64,000 nt of DNA from a virus (taxonomy: Duplodnaviria > Caudoviricetes). Positions within the stretch are counted from its first letter, which is position 1. Each line of letters starts with the position of its first letter. This document shows positions 39,401 to 50,247 of this stretch, one piece after another. The notes beneath the pieces are model-generated. The model saw nothing but the letters and a program-made list of their open reading frames with translations. It was not told where the DNA came from and searched no databases. Both the position numbers and the translations under genes were made by a program. The stretch lies in the IMG/VR virus record IMGVR_UViG_3300030095_006840, positions 39,159 to 103,158 of that record. The stretch is one strand, 5' to 3'.

Positions 39401-42400
39401 ACCTGAAACCTTGAATAGTTCAGACATGGTTTCAATTATTGATGACACCACAAACCAGATTTTCTCTCGTGAATCACGTCCTATAGACTACTTCTTCGCT
39501 TTTGAAAAAAGTATGTATGGGATTATTTCTGAACAAATAATAAATTATTTTGGCACCATTATTGCATTCAACAATTTAATCGGTGAGCCAGTCAATAAAT
39601 ATCGCCAAAACTACAAGGACATGGAAAAATTACGCTCTCTCTATTTTGAGAGAGTAGGAAACACTCCTGATTTTGAAAAGTTTGTTCAGTATTTTAAATG
39701 GATCGATACAAGTCTAGGAACTATGTTAATTCAATTAGCACCAGCATCCTCAGATTTTTCCGAAAAATTACGAAACATTGTTGAAAGTCATGTCCTAGAA
39801 AGAAACAAGTATTGGACAAAATTTCCAACATTGGACAGTAAAGCGACAACTCCCGAAGCTGGCCTTCGCGGAATTAGCGAGATGCTTTATTCCGCTAAAC
39901 GAGGAATTGCTCCAAACCCCACGACATCTACGGACACCAATTGTGAGTGGTGGCAAGATCGCACAAATCGCACAAATCCAAATATTTCTTCTGGTGTAAC
40001 AAGTGTTGATGATGCTCGAAATACTGTACGCAAGTCTGCCAATTTCCGTAGTGGCTCAGGTCCAACACTCGCAGTTTCTAGGGCATCAACCTCGACGACC
40101 ACAACTTATGAGGGCAGCACATATGCCATAAGGAATTTCACAAAACCTTATAAACTGTCTTTTGAAGAGTCTGTAGAGATACATGGCGGCAGTAATTTTC
40201 CAAGAGGAAAAAGATTAGATTTCACTCATGAAGAGTTGAAAACTCGCTCCAGGTTCGATTCAAGTGGTTTAAAATTACGAGTACCAGCATCAAGTATTGA
40301 CGCTGATAAGGAATGTCTAGATGTTATTGATCCTAATGCTAAAAATCGCCTGAATGGTACATTTGCTGATACAACAGACTTGTCATCTGACTCTAAAACA
40401 GCTATTAATTATAGAGGTGGAGGAAAAACTTCAATTTTCGCTCCATTCAGTTTATTTAGTTCATCGGTAAATCCGTCATATCTTTCTAGTTTTAGAACTA
40501 ACACGCAACTTGCAAACTATCATGATGACGCTTACGGCGATGACAATGAAGTCCCGATGCAGGGTCCATTTACCAATGCTCATGTTGGTGGGTGGCAATA
40601 CCGTCACCAAAACATCAATTCAGGTGCAACTGACACATCTCTTACCCGCGCCGAGGCTTGGGAACTTGATGCAGGCAGTAGCCGCATCCAAATTGGCTCC
40701 CGAGTTGTTAAAAGTGAAAACCCTCGTGCGACTATGTTGCGTGGAACTTCCGCAAAACGACCACTTAATATTGCCAACATCAAATGGGGAACATCTTCGG
40801 CAACAGTAGGCAATTACCAGCATGATTACCAGATGTTGCAAACTTCTGGAAGAAAAATAAATAACCGCTACTTTGTTGACTCTGAAGGTTTTGTTCCTGC
40901 TGTCAATTTAATTACAGCTTCATCTACTTACATTTCTGGCACTACAGATTTGGCAATGCCAAGACGAGATTTGACAGGCAGCAATAAATTCATATTTGTT
41001 GAAAAATTCTCTGCTCCAGGCGGCCCAGAAGTGTCAAGAGGCAGTTTGGATTTTGAATCTGAAGAGTTTGGCGTATACAATAATTTAAATTACAGAAACC
41101 TGATTGTAAGAAAATCTCTTGATGGGTGGTATGAAAAATATTCTGGAAAATTCGGAATCAGCCCAACAGGAACCGCAGGCGACGGAACAACCCCAAATCA
41201 ACATATGATCAACCCGCAATCATATGAAGGTGTAATCGCATCTTATCACAAAGTCAGTAGAAATTCTGGACCAACAATTCTTGATAAGCCACTTTATAAC
41301 CGCTATGTCAATTGGGTTAATCTTGTCGGTGACATAAAGTTTGATCGCAACACATCAATCATATCAAAACCAGCAGGTTCATCTGCGTGGAATGCCTCTG
41401 CGATTGGAAATCAAAAAATTCCACGCAATGGATATATGTCCTTCAAAGTAACTACTGTTTCTTATGACCAACTTATTGGCTTAAATTCTAGCCCTCCAGC
41501 GGGTTCATCCTACACGGACATGGACTACGCAATTCAAATATCCGCAACTGGGACAGGAAATGTTTACATATGGCAAAACGGCTCAAATGTTCACACATCA
41601 GCAGGTTTTGCTGCTGTGGGGAATATTTTTAGAATATTGCGTACAAATGATACGGTCGAATATCAAAAAAGTACGGACGAAGGAAAAAATTTCACCACTT
41701 TTTACACTTCATTAATAAAATCAACGACAGATTTATATCCCGACATCACCCTTTACAGTGCGGGTGCAAGCGTATCGGATGTGAAAATTTCTAATCCACA
41801 ATTTGACAACTGGTATGTCCAACACGCAATACCACAAAGTGAGTTGCAATATGCATGGATAAACTCCTCTTATGACAATACTAAGATTCAACCAGCAGGA
41901 TATGCTTCAAATTATTCTGTTCCATCTTCAGGGAGTACATCAACCACAGCATCGGCAGTCCAATTTATTCCAAGTGCTGATTTATTGATTGGACATCCAG
42001 ATTCTGGCATAACATCTCGCGTAACTGCTTCTTTTAATGGGCTTTTTACAATCATAGCAGGCCAATACGCCAATTTTGAGCAAAATTATGTCAATGATTT
42101 TTCTTCGAGTATAAACACCATTCAACCTGGTGTTAATTTTAGAAACACTGCTGTTGCAAGAGATATTTCTTATTATTTCCTAAACCTCAATGGACCTTAC
42201 CAATATCCATCTTGGAAACAAATTAGGACAGGTGAAACTCCTATTGGCCGATATAATGCACGAAATAATATACTCTCTGTCATGGAATCTCCACGCACAG
42301 TTGAACTTTCAAATCCAATTGGCACAGGCAAATCTGGCCCGCACTTGGTAAACAATCCTAGTAACATCAGGAACTTTATTGAACCACCAGTTACGTTCAA

Positions 42401-45400
42401 ATATCGTCCACTACAGACAGTAAACATATCAGACGACAACTCGTTTACATTGCGACACACATATGGCAATAATATGTGTTTGTTTTCGCAAGGACCATCA
42501 AACGATGGAACAAGTGAGAGTGGCTCAATATACAACTTTTTAAATATTGATTCCACCAAAAATGAAAAACAAACCTACGATTATATGACTGAAGATGCCG
42601 ATTTGTTTGAAACAATCGATTCTGTCAGATATAAAGAGGTAATTTATCCAAGAGGAACAAACACAGGTCTTGCACAAACTCGTGGTCGAACAAATTATGC
42701 AGAAGTCGCAAATGGGACGTTGAATCCTGATGGAACAATTTCTGCTTCGATTTCAAATGGAAGTAACGGAATTGATCGCGGCCCACTTGAAAGAAGAACT
42801 TTTTGGAGAAACCAAGCTAAAAATCGTAATCGTAGAATGGGCTATACTCTTTCTGGCAACGCCAACCCGCAGATTGGTTCTGATGGAAAATATTATTGGA
42901 TTACCGGAGCACTACCAAATTCGCAAGGCTATTACGATGGTTATGCTACAAGTATTTATGGTTTAGGTCAAACCCCAATACAAGGTGCCAACAGTGATAG
43001 TTTTAAAATCGGGATGAATTATATAGGTTTAGGTGAGCGTATAAGTGGTAATTTATCTATTAACAGTTTTCCTGATATGGGTGAGTTAAACTCTGCAAAT
43101 GTATGGACTTGGGGCGGCTGGACCGGTGTTTTGCCGAGCAGCAGTGTTACGGTGCCAGCAGCAGTTAGATCATTGCCATACAATGTAACGCATTATCCCA
43201 CTGCTTCAGCTTATTACTATCATTTTCCAAATTTGTTTGCAGTAGATATTCCATCGGTGAAGGGCGGCGGCAGTCAAGGACTCGGTGCGAATGTTCCTTT
43301 AAGGTGGCGCACCCCTGAGCTGTCAGGAAAGAAGCCATTTTTTGACTCTTACGAAGAGTATGCCAAAGATATTCGAGGCACAGGAAAAAATCTTACAGTT
43401 GTGCCCGAATTTAAAATTTCAGAACAGATGCCTTATTATTTGAAGAACAACTTCCGAAGTCAGAATGATAAGATTCTATCTTTACCAGGTGGAAATATCA
43501 CATCTAGTGCAAATGCGGAAGGCGGATTGAGAGTTCAGTCTGGTGCTGGATTCACTGTGTTCACCGACGAACGTGTTTTTGATGAGAAATTCTTTAATGA
43601 TTATTCAAATTCTGACTTTCAAAAGTATTTTGGAAAGTTTGATGGATATACGGAAGAATCTGCGGAAATTACTTTACGATGTAACGGTATTAAGAAACTG
43701 CTCCCATATAATGGTTTTTATCCACAACAACGAACATTGCAACTTGCTTCACTATTTTCACAATCTATTGCTCCATATATTAATGGCATTGGGTGGTCTA
43801 AAGGAACTCAAGTGGCGGCAGATTCACAATTTTCCGGAGCACTAGCAACCCAAGCAATTTTACAACCATACTATGCTCCAGGAATTATATATAATACAAT
43901 CAAATCGGGTATTTCGGTTGACTGGGCAGCTTTCACAGGCTCACAGTTAGGTGTCACATCCTTTGGCACCTCTTATGGAGGTAATAACGGTTTTCTTTCT
44001 GCTTCTTCCAACTATAGAATACCTTTTGAATCGGTTCTGGATCCTTTGGGGAATATTGGTTTGCCACAAAGTTCATCTGTTGCATCTAAAATGTTTTTAT
44101 TATTGCCTACTTGGGCAACCGGTTCAGACTCAAATTTGAGAACTAACTTCTTAGCTCAAAATAATTATTCTAGCCCTCGCCTACCGTGGGCATCGATAGA
44201 GCGCCCTCAAAGAACTAAAGCTCGTTCAAGTGACTCTTATGGACTATATAAGTCTGCTATTAATAATTTTCTCGCCGAGGTTCCTAACTTTTTCTTAGAA
44301 AATAATAAATTGACAACAATATACTCCGCAAATCAAGAGAATGTAGGCGACAAGATATTGACAGGTCATGATTATTACATGAACATCTCTTTAGAAAAAA
44401 CGCCAGATTTGATCATGATGGAAGAAGATAATACGGATAATTATATTTACCTTACTTCTTCTTTTCCGGGCGTTAGAGATATGCCTCTTTTTGATGGCCG
44501 TCTGTTTGGCCCCCCACTTCAAGCTGGCGATGGTTCAAAGTGGGGTCGTATGGTTGGTGCTGCAACAGATTTAAAACTCGCAGCACCTGCATACGCACCT
44601 TATACACCACCATATTTTTATGGAAAATCTACTATGACGCTTAAATTTTCTGCTAATGAAACAAACAGTGGTGAAAATTTCACTTGGGACAAGTATTTCA
44701 ACCAAGTTACAATGAGTTTCTCAAATGAACGAATGGATGCTATGTTTACATCGATTAGAGGTGCTTCCACTTCATCAGCGCAAAATTCTGCCATGCAAAT
44801 CACTTCTTCAATTAAATGGAACGGGATTGCTGTTGAGCGAGAGACTATCAGAAATGAAAGAGGAAAGGTCATAGAGATTAGGGAAAAAAATACTAAAAAC
44901 AATAAATGGGTTATTAGTCCGTTTATGGAAACCCCTGTCTTAGATTTTAAAGACAATCCACAAGAAACTGGAATGCTTCCTGGACCTCGCGGCATGTGGT
45001 CTGGCTATGGGTCTATACCAGCAGATAATCGGGGAATTTCAATTTCTGTAGAAGAAAGTTTAGAGCAAATACAATTTAGCCCAACCGCAAAAGACTTCAC
45101 CGCTCTTGCATTCCCTGATACAAATGCTCGTTCACAAAATATTGGACAAGTAAACACAAGTGGAAAAGATATTTCAGAAGCTATTGTTGCAATTCCATAT
45201 ATCAAGCGAAAATCAGAAAACGAAGAAGCATTCACAACAGAAAAGCCATTCCTTGATGATAGGTATTTCTTTTCCTTGAAAGCACAACCGTTTGAACGTT
45301 ATGAGCTTGATGCTCTTGAAGTTTATGATCTGATAAAAGAAAGTCTAGATGGAAGTGATGGAACATTAGCTGCCACCGAAGATGTTGCTGCGAATCAATT

Positions 45401-45941
45401 TTTTGGCTTATGGCAAGACAAATATCTTGGCGAAACCGTCAGAGCGGTTCCAACAAGTGAATCGTCTGTCGCCAGAATGATTAACAAAATGAATGATTAT
45501 GTGATTCCACCTGAATTAGATTTTAACACATATAATGGTGGCAATGATCGAATTGAGCCATTTGCAATGTATATCATGGAATTCAAACACACTCTAAGTC
45601 AACAAGATTTGTCTGATATTTGGCAAGGTTTAATGCCTAAAATTTCTACAACAGCCGAACTTGAATCGGTGGCCGAAAGTCATAAAAGGTTGCCAATTAT
45701 TGAATTTTTTGGAGATAGAAAGCTTCCTGACGACATACGTTGGATGGTTTTCAAGGTTAAGAAAAAAGCAAACAATGATTACTTTAAATTGACTGCCGAT
45801 ACAACAGATGATGAAAAGTTTGCTCAAGACTTTTTTACAACTAAAAATGGTGAAGTGCCATATAGTTATAACTGGCCGTATGATTATTTCTCGCTAGTAG
45901 AATTGGCAGAATTAGAAGTAGAGAAGAAGAATAAAAAATGA
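36417..45941 (+). CDS. Giant (3,174 aa) baseplate/tail protein with LamG (concanavalin-like) domains and a gp7/gpI-like segment
   Basis: TLEFWLN, WNHFALS, LDDFRYW, LYYKFNEG (LamG). IFKTKGTEKSFRNLIRCYG (baseplate wedge KGT motif). Confidence 0.7.
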   Translation: MADIKKLFEKNKVGGILSDATVKEVGKKVESADYVVSNLKEKNRFIPYINFASASNFARYGSAQKYYQDAIHHIINEYPYDGSLRERIDWRLSASYLDLHMFDYEYPRTNGYILFGKTYGTPVADGGGYDTFSATQQEYIFIKGSPHPSTGSGDLRSNWKEYNIYNTSSLGRYNLEIDGNNGLTLEFWLNKEDYSSANESAKEVVFDLWNSGAYGTNNYGRFRVELTGGATTNVLEPVFNIELRSGSTGFSYRDDLLGPHSTTVSLSSSTPLTGAWNHFALSFKNSGAQMQGQLFRNGILEHTLLTGSSIGSVTGSMIATIGSLVANVSGTYGAKSAAKLSASLDDFRYWRRVRSTEQVKKYWFTDVGGGTNSDIQNAATASTKYSYENPLDLGLYYKFNEGIINDTQTDSQDSVVLDYSGRTTNGGWTGYSVGSRFTGSAIVLSNAATKEFKDPIIYANHPEVTSLSVTKSAEGFAYDQQNNASVYNSFPSWIIEEDEANNANVLKDLTQIMGSYFDTLQLQIESIPKLKDVIYPSGSYKPYPFANRLVDNLGLVSSEVFENANALEYLASRDEHRLYNEKLNETKNLIYQNIYNNLIYIFKTKGTEKSFRNLIRCYGIDDELVKLNLYGSNITYELRNNGNDRVVKKNYVDFHKSTRFHATVFQQTSSANSNSRSYVSSSNQVTFRGNTYEAEAIFPKPLNPASKNYVENDFLVSSLYGCHTLGTSNNWATSDVGNFQVAAVKPKIGSSDAYFQLTGTAGGYFPLLTSSLFTNVYSDSKWNFAVKIKPMKYPLADGVSGSDTGNYDVEFCGYNYISDILQNSFEVSTTMSSDGAAKFLTANKRFFAGAHRTNFDRAVLQQADTRISSVRVWMDYLKNETIQAHAKDVENFGSEYPYKNAYISQLSKSLGDQFVQIPQMETLVLDWNFDTLTGSNPSGEFIVQDFSSGSTNLTSRWGWLGPIAKYQHTGFGYDFEANDTGSISRESLNSFKQQLPETLNSSDMVSIIDDTTNQIFSRESRPIDYFFAFEKSMYGIISEQIINYFGTIIAFNNLIGEPVNKYRQNYKDMEKLRSLYFERVGNTPDFEKFVQYFKWIDTSLGTMLIQLAPASSDFSEKLRNIVESHVLERNKYWTKFPTLDSKATTPEAGLRGISEMLYSAKRGIAPNPTTSTDTNCEWWQDRTNRTNPNISSGVTSVDDARNTVRKSANFRSGSGPTLAVSRASTSTTTTYEGSTYAIRNFTKPYKLSFEESVEIHGGSNFPRGKRLDFTHEELKTRSRFDSSGLKLRVPASSIDADKECLDVIDPNAKNRLNGTFADTTDLSSDSKTAINYRGGGKTSIFAPFSLFSSSVNPSYLSSFRTNTQLANYHDDAYGDDNEVPMQGPFTNAHVGGWQYRHQNINSGATDTSLTRAEAWELDAGSSRIQIGSRVVKSENPRATMLRGTSAKRPLNIANIKWGTSSATVGNYQHDYQMLQTSGRKINNRYFVDSEGFVPAVNLITASSTYISGTTDLAMPRRDLTGSNKFIFVEKFSAPGGPEVSRGSLDFESEEFGVYNNLNYRNLIVRKSLDGWYEKYSGKFGISPTGTAGDGTTPNQHMINPQSYEGVIASYHKVSRNSGPTILDKPLYNRYVNWVNLVGDIKFDRNTSIISKPAGSSAWNASAIGNQKIPRNGYMSFKVTTVSYDQLIGLNSSPPAGSSYTDMDYAIQISATGTGNVYIWQNGSNVHTSAGFAAVGNIFRILRTNDTVEYQKSTDEGKNFTTFYTSLIKSTTDLYPDITLYSAGASVSDVKISNPQFDNWYVQHAIPQSELQYAWINSSYDNTKIQPAGYASNYSVPSSGSTSTTASAVQFIPSADLLIGHPDSGITSRVTASFNGLFTIIAGQYANFEQNYVNDFSSSINTIQPGVNFRNTAVARDISYYFLNLNGPYQYPSWKQIRTGETPIGRYNARNNILSVMESPRTVELSNPIGTGKSGPHLVNNPSNIRNFIEPPVTFKYRPLQTVNISDDNSFTLRHTYGNNMCLFSQGPSNDGTSESGSIYNFLNIDSTKNEKQTYDYMTEDADLFETIDSVRYKEVIYPRGTNTGLAQTRGRTNYAEVANGTLNPDGTISASISNGSNGIDRGPLERRTFWRNQAKNRNRRMGYTLSGNANPQIGSDGKYYWITGALPNSQGYYDGYATSIYGLGQTPIQGANSDSFKIGMNYIGLGERISGNLSINSFPDMGELNSANVWTWGGWTGVLPSSSVTVPAAVRSLPYNVTHYPTASAYYYHFPNLFAVDIPSVKGGGSQGLGANVPLRWRTPELSGKKPFFDSYEEYAKDIRGTGKNLTVVPEFKISEQMPYYLKNNFRSQNDKILSLPGGNITSSANAEGGLRVQSGAGFTVFTDERVFDEKFFNDYSNSDFQKYFGKFDGYTEESAEITLRCNGIKKLLPYNGFYPQQRTLQLASLFSQSIAPYINGIGWSKGTQVAADSQFSGALATQAILQPYYAPGIIYNTIKSGISVDWAAFTGSQLGVTSFGTSYGGNNGFLSASSNYRIPFESVLDPLGNIGLPQSSSVASKMFLLLPTWATGSDSNLRTNFLAQNNYSSPRLPWASIERPQRTKARSSDSYGLYKSAINNFLAEVPNFFLENNKLTTIYSANQENVGDKILTGHDYYMNISLEKTPDLIMMEEDNTDNYIYLTSSFPGVRDMPLFDGRLFGPPLQAGDGSKWGRMVGAATDLKLAAPAYAPYTPPYFYGKSTMTLKFSANETNSGENFTWDKYFNQVTMSFSNERMDAMFTSIRGASTSSAQNSAMQITSSIKWNGIAVERETIRNERGKVIEIREKNTKNNKWVISPFMETPVLDFKDNPQETGMLPGPRGMWSGYGSIPADNRGISISVEESLEQIQFSPTAKDFTALAFPDTNARSQNIGQVNTSGKDISEAIVAIPYIKRKSENEEAFTTEKPFLDDRYFFSLKAQPFERYELDALEVYDLIKESLDGSDGTLAATEDVAANQFFGLWQDKYLGETVRAVPTSESSVARMINKMNDYVIPPELDFNTYNGGNDRIEPFAMYIMEFKHTLSQQDLSDIWQGLMPKISTTAELESVAESHKRLPIIEFFGDRKLPDDIRWMVFKVKKKANNDYFKLTADTTDDEKFAQDFFTTKNGEVPYSYNWPYDYFSLVELAELEVEKKNKK

Positions 45942-47029
45942 AATTCTTTAACAAAAAAGAGCAAGTCATGGACATCCAATTGACTCAATTTGGAAAACGT
46001 CTTTTGTCAAAAGGTCGATTTAAGCCAGTTTATTATGCTTTTTTTGATGATGGCGTCTTATATGATTCACAATATGGTGGTGTGTCCGAAACACAAAACG
46101 CAGCACAAGATAGAATCATCAAAGACACGCCACAACTTGAAACCCAATACGTGTTTGCTGGCATTGAATCGCAAATAAAAAGAGCAAATGAATTTATTCG
46201 CTCAACACCGGAAGAAAAATCAAACCAACCGGGTGTATTAAACACGATTGATCAAGGGCAGTTTTTTCAAAATTCAGATGACAAGCAGTATTCTTTAACC
46301 TATATGCTTGGAACGTCAGAACCCACAAGCACAAAGATTCCAGCTTGGAGGGTTGAATTTTTGAGTGGAGAAATTTCATCATCAGTTCAGTCACAAAATA
46401 CAGCAAGTTGTACAAATCAAGTAATAAACATTCCCGAAATTACACCAAAACCAATAACTTACAAGACAAGGATTGATAATGTTCCACCTACAGAATTGCA
46501 AGGATATAGTCCGAATTCACCAGCATTAGCAAATGTTTATGGCTCAACCCCGGCTCAAGTGATTAAAGTATTTGAAGTCAACTCATCACTACTACTACAG
46601 GTTGAAGAAAAGAATTCTGAATTTCAAAATGAAAACTTTGATATAGAAGTATATGAAATAAAAGAAGAACAACAAGAAGGAGTTTCTTTGTGTGATGGCG
46701 TAACAAAGAGAGAAAATTTAATTCCGTTATTTTTTACAAAAAAACCATCACTAATCGAAAATGGCATCATTAAAGACGCACCACCACCAACTTATGAAAA
46801 TCAAGAATTAAGTTTGGATTCTAGTTATGTGGAATATTATATGAACATTCAGGTTGATAATGAAATTCCAGATCAAGTTATATGTGATAAAACAAAAGAT
46901 GTGGGTGAAGGATTTTATTCTCAAAGAGTTTTGGCTTGTAAAACTGCCGAAAAAGAAAATAGAGCAGGTGCAAGAAGTTTGTTTGACACAACGGTTAAGC
47001 TAGAAGATGTCGAAGGGTGTGACGATTAA
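45938..47029 (+). CDS. Virion structural protein (LTxxG N-terminal motif; paralogous N-terminus to 53602)
   Basis: DIQLTQFGKRLLSKGRFKPVYYAFFDDGVLYD…TPQLE. Confidence 0.55.
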   Translation: MKFFNKKEQVMDIQLTQFGKRLLSKGRFKPVYYAFFDDGVLYDSQYGGVSETQNAAQDRIIKDTPQLETQYVFAGIESQIKRANEFIRSTPEEKSNQPGVLNTIDQGQFFQNSDDKQYSLTYMLGTSEPTSTKIPAWRVEFLSGEISSSVQSQNTASCTNQVINIPEITPKPITYKTRIDNVPPTELQGYSPNSPALANVYGSTPAQVIKVFEVNSSLLLQVEEKNSEFQNENFDIEVYEIKEEQQEGVSLCDGVTKRENLIPLFFTKKPSLIENGIIKDAPPPTYENQELSLDSSYVEYYMNIQVDNEIPDQVICDKTKDVGEGFYSQRVLACKTAEKENRAGARSLFDTTVKLEDVEGCDD

Positions 47030-50000
47030 TGATGACTGAAGAAGAAATCTTTGGAAAATTTGTTCCAAGACCAACAGTAACCAAGATCACATTGCAGTCT
47101 TCGGGCGTTGCGCCAAAAAGATTGAATCCGCATATTGATGATGAGTTAGAAAGTAGTGGTGAATATGTTGTAGAAGGTACAGAAGACGCAAATCGAACTC
47201 GCGGCAATCTGAAGATTGTCCTGAACTTAAACATTAAAGATAAGATTAGGGGTGGTCAAAATTCGTGGTTTGCAAATGTGGACCCTCTCCTGAAACCGAT
47301 CTCTAACAATAATGAAGATTTTGATCTTAAAAATTATGTTAAAATTTATGCTGTACAGATCAGTAATTCAACAATAAGAAACGACATATTATCTTCAGAA
47401 GACCCTGCCGCAGAACTAAAAGCCATCAAAAACGGTGAGAGAGAAGAATATGGTTATGAATTAGACTCCAACAACTGGAAAGAGATTCAACTGTCTGACT
47501 TAAAAGACCCTAATGATATTGAAGTAACCAAACAAGAAGCTTCATCAGCCATTGGTGGGCCATCAAATATGGTTGGTTTATATGATATACCATATGAAAT
47601 AACCTGTACATACCCCACAAAAAACCCACGATATTTATGTTATTTTGTTTGGGGCGAATTGGATCTTTCAACACTCGCAGACAAGTTTGAATTTGATTTA
47701 ACTGAACTAGATGACTTGAATTTGTTTGAGAATATGAAGTTTAGTTCTCAAATTTCTGATTATGTCGTTATTTCTTCTGGTCGTCTTAATGAAAATCCAG
47801 ACATCAACATACAAGACTTCAGAGCAGTAGAAAGATTAAATAAACTTCAATTAGACTTCTCTATTGTTCAAAACATGTTGAAAAGCAATCTTCAGCTTGC
47901 CTCTAAAATGAGAACAGCAAATTTAAATTTAGATCCTTCTAGCAAATATTATAGTGAAATGTGGCTTGCTCGCGACAATACAAACAGTTGTAGATTTACG
48001 TTTGCGGCAGACATGGGTGCAATCATGACAGCGAACTCACCATTCGGGCAACTTTTTGTAAATGAAAATACAAAAGAAGAATGTTTGGAAAATACAGAAA
48101 TCTTATCCATGAAATTGCATCGCGTTCGTCTAAAAGGAAGTCCAGAAATAGGATCAAAACCAATGTATGGGCCGCCAAGACCAGGTAAACGTCAGCCAAA
48201 ATTATTTAACGAAAACAACGAATATCTTGCAAGTTTTCCTAATAATTCTTTAGTTTCTGAAAATGAAGAACTTATTGTATTTGCTAAAGAGGTTGGTGGA
48301 ACTTTTAATTCAACGCCAATGGATGTTGCTGGATCAGTTATTGAAAACATAACCTCTCTTTATGAGCAAGAAACAAAAACAGGTGTAAGATATTTCGGTG
48401 GCATTGATAAATCTATTAAATTCAAAACAGACGGATATTATCAATATAAAGTTGAGTTTGAGTTAAAAGACGGCGCAATCGCAGTATTGAGTCGATATTT
48501 GCGAGAGTTAATAGATGCAAAATCAAATTTGTCCGACTATTATGAAGAAGCTTCAAAGTTGGGAACAAAAGGTTTTATAAATCCTTATAATAATCCACAC
48601 GCATATAACCCAGAACTTCCACAATCTAGCTGGAATGTGATGCATGGAGGCACTCGTCCTGGCAACTTTAATGTTTCCGCAAACAGATTTACAAAAGATT
48701 TTATGCGAAAAATGGCTCGACAATATCCAAGTGATAAGCCATGGGAATCATCAGCCACAACTTATGTAACAATAATGAAAGATCTTTCACAAGTTGATGG
48801 TAGTGATGCTACTATTCTAGAAGAAGCACTAAAGAACTATATGAGTCCTGAAACTGGCAACATCGAAGGTATTTTGATGGTTTTTAATTTGATTGATAGT
48901 TTGGAAAATATCTTGTCTCAAGCCATTGGTCGCATCGTTTCTCCACCAGCAGGTTCTGCAAGGATGTCACAAAATCAAAATCCAAATTTACTTCTTAGTG
49001 GAAAAACTGTCGTTGAGAGCAATGTAAGAAATAAAAATAACATAAAAACAGTTCAAGTCGCTCACATGTTTGGGAATAGGTTTAATGCGAGTATTCCTAA
49101 TAATAGTGGGATAAGTGTATTTCCAAAAGAAACAGATGACTCCGGCAACAGCCTTTTAAGATTTGATGATAGTAAGTTTAATTATGTAAGAGAAAATGAA
49201 TTACAAAAGTTTTTTGATGTTAATTTCTTAAATGGCGGAAACCCAGAACTTTATCTCTCAATTATACGCAATCGAAACGCTCGCACCTTTTCAGTGAGAG
49301 AAACTGCTTTCACATATTTTACCCCCTCTTATATCGGTGATAAAGCACAAAAAATTAACATGATTCCATTTTCTCCCAATGACGCAAATTCTCCTGCTGA
49401 AAGTTTGCGAGGAGTTCTTCAAACCGCACAAATGCCACGTATAGATGAATTCGGTCGCGTTGGAATATCAGAAGATCTCACATCAGAACAAAAAAATGAT
49501 GCAAAAATGTCTTTATCGCAAAAACTTGCCTCTCTCATAAATAACGAATATGACGTAGCAGTCTTTAAAACAGGTACAGAAAAATTATTCCGTGCAACTT
49601 CTTTTGAAAAAGCGATTGGCCCAAACGAAAGTCGATATACTTCTGGTGATTACATAGATCAAGAAGGTTACAATGAAACTTATGAAAACTTAAAAAATGA
49701 TTCTAAAAACACATATAATGATGCTTACAATCTTATGTCTTCTATCATATCAAGTATCAAGAAGGAACCACTTTCTGAACTAAATGTATATCGAGATGGC
49801 AATGATAGTTATTTGCAACAAATAAGTTTCGATCCTGAGAAAATCAGAGCTTTACCAAACCCAGTTAAAGCCTTATTATATGCTCTTAACGAAGGCGACA
49901 GATCAACTGGAACCACAGAAGAAGGCACACCAACAGGCCAAAAGCTTTCAGACTATATTAGGCCAATTTTGCAGCAAGGTGGTTTTGATGGAGATGATGT

Positions 50001-50244
50001 TGTGTTGTCTGCAATGAAATATTTATTTCAAACAATATACAAGATTGAAGTTTTTGTTGGTTGGCAAGAAAACAAGATGATTCCGGATTGGCAAGAACTT
50101 ACAACAGATTATTATAATATTGCTGACGGTGAACTGATGTGTAGATTTCGATTATATGAAAACCCCGAACTTGGATTAACTTACAATAATGCCAGTTCGT
50201 TGCCACTTTTCAATGAGTATTTTATATTAAAGGCGGGTACATAA
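47029..50244 (+). CDS. Large hypothetical virion protein
   Basis: 1,071-aa ORF in the structural operon; beta-sandwich-like segment (DGYYQYKVEF). Confidence 0.55.
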   Translation: MMTEEEIFGKFVPRPTVTKITLQSSGVAPKRLNPHIDDELESSGEYVVEGTEDANRTRGNLKIVLNLNIKDKIRGGQNSWFANVDPLLKPISNNNEDFDLKNYVKIYAVQISNSTIRNDILSSEDPAAELKAIKNGEREEYGYELDSNNWKEIQLSDLKDPNDIEVTKQEASSAIGGPSNMVGLYDIPYEITCTYPTKNPRYLCYFVWGELDLSTLADKFEFDLTELDDLNLFENMKFSSQISDYVVISSGRLNENPDINIQDFRAVERLNKLQLDFSIVQNMLKSNLQLASKMRTANLNLDPSSKYYSEMWLARDNTNSCRFTFAADMGAIMTANSPFGQLFVNENTKEECLENTEILSMKLHRVRLKGSPEIGSKPMYGPPRPGKRQPKLFNENNEYLASFPNNSLVSENEELIVFAKEVGGTFNSTPMDVAGSVIENITSLYEQETKTGVRYFGGIDKSIKFKTDGYYQYKVEFELKDGAIAVLSRYLRELIDAKSNLSDYYEEASKLGTKGFINPYNNPHAYNPELPQSSWNVMHGGTRPGNFNVSANRFTKDFMRKMARQYPSDKPWESSATTYVTIMKDLSQVDGSDATILEEALKNYMSPETGNIEGILMVFNLIDSLENILSQAIGRIVSPPAGSARMSQNQNPNLLLSGKTVVESNVRNKNNIKTVQVAHMFGNRFNASIPNNSGISVFPKETDDSGNSLLRFDDSKFNYVRENELQKFFDVNFLNGGNPELYLSIIRNRNARTFSVRETAFTYFTPSYIGDKAQKINMIPFSPNDANSPAESLRGVLQTAQMPRIDEFGRVGISEDLTSEQKNDAKMSLSQKLASLINNEYDVAVFKTGTEKLFRATSFEKAIGPNESRYTSGDYIDQEGYNETYENLKNDSKNTYNDAYNLMSSIISSIKKEPLSELNVYRDGNDSYLQQISFDPEKIRALPNPVKALLYALNEGDRSTGTTEEGTPTGQKLSDYIRPILQQGGFDGDDVVLSAMKYLFQTIYKIEVFVGWQENKMIPDWQELTTDYYNIADGELMCRFRLYENPELGLTYNNASSLPLFNEYFILKAGT

Positions 50245-50247
50245 TAA

